NCBI GenBank assembly: GCA_964596875.1
Contig: CAZQVT010000001.1
Coordinates: forward strand, 42,514 to 106,513
Direction: 5' to 3'
Origin: an uncultured Candidatus Saccharibacteria bacterium
Lineage (GTDB): Bacteria > Patescibacteriota > Minisyncoccia > Phycocordibacterales > DATDWN01
Length of the DNA: 64,000 nt
Below are positions 61,970 to 64,000 of this stretch, piece by piece. Positions within the stretch are counted from its first letter, which is position 1; each line of letters opens with the position of its first letter. The notes below the pieces were generated by a model, which did no database searches, was not told the DNA's origin, and saw only the letters and a list, made by a program, of their open reading frames with translations. Position numbers and translations under genes: made by a program.

Positions 61970-64000
61970 ATGCAAAAAACAAAAACTGCGCGTCCACAAA
62001 AGTTTTTCAGTCGTTTCAAAGAACCTCTAATCCCTACACCAAACTTCGTTGAACCACAACTGGAGTCTTTTAAGGCACTTATAGAAAAGGGCCTAAAAGA
62101 GGTGTTTGAAGAGTTTTCTTCTATAAAAGATTTCTCTGGAAAGAAGTTCACACTAGATTTTACAGGTTTTGAACTGTCAGAACCAAAATATGATGAGTAC
62201 TACGCAAAAGACAACAAGCTTTCATACGAAGCTCCTTTGAAAGCAAGAGTTAGACTAAAGAATCACATACTAGGTACTGAAAAAGAACAAGAGATCTTCA
62301 TGGCGGATTTTCCACTTATGACATCTCACGGAACTTTCATAATATCTGGTATTGAAAGAATCATCGTGCCTCAACTTGCAAGATCATACGGAGTATTTTT
62401 CACTGCTACAGAAATCAAGGGACGAAAGTTTTTTGGAGCAAAGATTATTCCATCTAGAGGCGCTTGGGTTGAGATCGAGTCAGACAGTGAAGGTGTGCTT
62501 TCAGTAAGAATCGACCGAAAGAGAAAGTTTGCTGCAACTACACTACTTAGAGTATTGGGTGCAGAAACTGATGAAGACATCAAAGCCCTGTTTAAGGGAG
62601 ACGAGTTTGCCCGAAACTCAATCGAAAAAACACTACTTAAAGACCACACAAAGTCTATTGATGAAGCATATATAGATATTCACAAGAGACTACGTGATGG
62701 TGACCTTGCTACAGCAGAAAACGCAAAAGAGTTTGTCAATTCTATCTTTGACGCAGAAAGATATGACCTTTCACCTGTAGGACGACACCGATTCAACAAA
62801 AGATTTGGTCTAGACATGGGCGATAAGGAACTAAAGAGAAAAACTATCTCAGTTGCAGATGTTGCAGTTATAGTTTCTCATGTTGCAGCACTAAACAACA
62901 CTCCAAACGCAGTGGAGGACGATATTGACCACCTAGGCTCAAGAAGAGTTCGATTTGTTGGTGAACTATTCCAGCAAAATATTCGAAAGGGTATTGCACA
63001 AATAAAGAGAAACATCCAAAACAAAATGTCTACTATAGAGACAGATGTTACTTTGCCTGTACAGTTTGTTGCCCCAAGACCTCTACAAGCAAGAATCAAG
63101 GAATTTTTCACAACAAACCAACTTTCACAGTTCATGTTGCAAGAAAACCCAGTTGCAGAAATCGAGCACCTACGAACATTGTCTGCTCTTGGTCCAGGAG
63201 GACTAAACCGAACACGAGCAGGTTTCGAAGTTCGTGATGTTCACACATCTCACTACGGAAGAATCTGTCCTATCCATACACCAGAAGGACCAAACATTGG
63301 TCTAGTGTTGCGTCTTGCTATTTATGCAAGAATCAACAGTTTTGGAATGATCGAAACTCCATATGCAAAAGTTAAAAACGGAAAAGTTACAAACGAAATC
63401 GTATATCTAAATGCGTCAGAAGAAGAGTCATATGCTATCGCACACGCAGCAACTCCTATCGATGATAGTGGAAAGATTTTGGCTGACGAAGTTGAAGTAC
63501 GTGTAGAAGGTGAGCCTGCTACTGTAGATAGAGACAGAGTAGACTATATAGATGTTGCTACAAACCAAGCATTTTCTATTGCTACATCTATGATTCCTTT
63601 CCTAAACCACAACGAGGCTTCTCGAGCACTGATGGCATCTAACATGCAGAAACAAGCAACACCTTGTATTGTTCCAGAAGTTCCACTAGTTGCAACAGGT
63701 ATGGAAGCAGATGGTATCAAAGACGCCGGAAGACTACTTATCGCAAGTGAAGACGGAACAGTTACGGTTGCAGATGGAAACAAAATCGTAGTTAAAAACA
63801 GTAAGGGTAAAGAAACAGAACACAATCTTGTAAAGTTTTCTCGAACAAACGGTTTTACTGCTTTCCACCAGAGACCATCTGTTGATGTTGGTGACAAAGT
63901 AAAGAAAGGTGACGTTCTAGCAGATACTTCTTCAAGTAAAGACGGACAAGCGGCTATTGGTCAAAACATGCTAGTTGCTTTCATGTCATGGAGTGGTTCA
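61970..64000 (+). CDS. rpoB: RNA polymerase beta subunit, runs off the window (absent from ORF track)
   Basis: MQKTK...Q.ESF, FPLMT..GTFII.G.ER, DDIDHLG.RRVR, SQFM, RDVHTSHYGRICPIHTPEGPNIGL, RALMASNMQKQ. Confidence 0.97.
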   Translation, partial: MQKTKTARPQKFFSRFKEPLIPTPNFVEPQLESFKALIEKGLKEVFEEFSSIKDFSGKKFTLDFTGFELSEPKYDEYYAKDNKLSYEAPLKARVRLKNHILGTEKEQEIFMADFPLMTSHGTFIISGIERIIVPQLARSYGVFFTATEIKGRKFFGAKIIPSRGAWVEIESDSEGVLSVRIDRKRKFAATTLLRVLGAETDEDIKALFKGDEFARNSIEKTLLKDHTKSIDEAYIDIHKRLRDGDLATAENAKEFVNSIFDAERYDLSPVGRHRFNKRFGLDMGDKELKRKTISVADVAVIVSHVAALNNTPNAVEDDIDHLGSRRVRFVGELFQQNIRKGIAQIKRNIQNKMSTIETDVTLPVQFVAPRPLQARIKEFFTTNQLSQFMLQENPVAEIEHLRTLSALGPGGLNRTRAGFEVRDVHTSHYGRICPIHTPEGPNIGLVLRLAIYARINSFGMIETPYAKVKNGKVTNEIVYLNASEEESYAIAHAATPIDDSGKILADEVEVRVEGEPATVDRDRVDYIDVATNQAFSIATSMIPFLNHNEASRALMASNMQKQATPCIVPEVPLVATGMEADGIKDAGRLLIASEDGTVTVADGNKIVVKNSKGKETEHNLVKFSRTNGFTAFHQRPSVDVGDKVKKGDVLADTSSSKDGQAAIGQNMLVAFMSWSGS

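Noticed and set aside
1-64000. Alternative genetic code (UGA=Gly, code 25)
   Set aside because: Conserved genes are full length under code 11, and TGA terminates genes (e.g. capA at 47342).

Overview
AT-rich bacterial chromosome segment read with genetic code 11, most consistent with a Patescibacteria/CPR (Parcubacteria-like) genome. This assignment is inferred from shortened PheS/PheT/ThrS/EF-Ts, a hinge-less SMC and mostly leaderless core genes. Core content: a glycolysis/pentose-phosphate cluster (gap, rpiB, rpe, split transketolase, PfkB kinase, fba), translation genes (rplY, rpmE2, prfA, rpsB, tsf, tRNA-Thr, pheS/T, thrS, rpmF, rpsP, trmD), replication/RNA genes (gyrB, dnaE, rnhB, nusB-NUDIX, rnc, smc, rnr, Pif1-like helicase, lexA, 5' part of rpoB), envelope genes and a RAYT-type HUH transposase. 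Two layers are not explained by this annotation. (1) Thirteen short GC-rich transcription units (17 mostly orphan ORFs) lie between core genes. Each typically has an AT-rich sigma70 promoter, a GGAG(G) Shine-Dalgarno site and a GC-rich terminator. The GC-rich tract matches the predicted transcript, whereas core genes lack SD sites. (2) At least four families of modular, covarying intergenic hairpins (17 copies or modules) sit mostly right after stop codons. Their outer arms are often locus-specific inverted copies of the adjacent gene end. All functional calls come from motif recognition only; no database searches were run.
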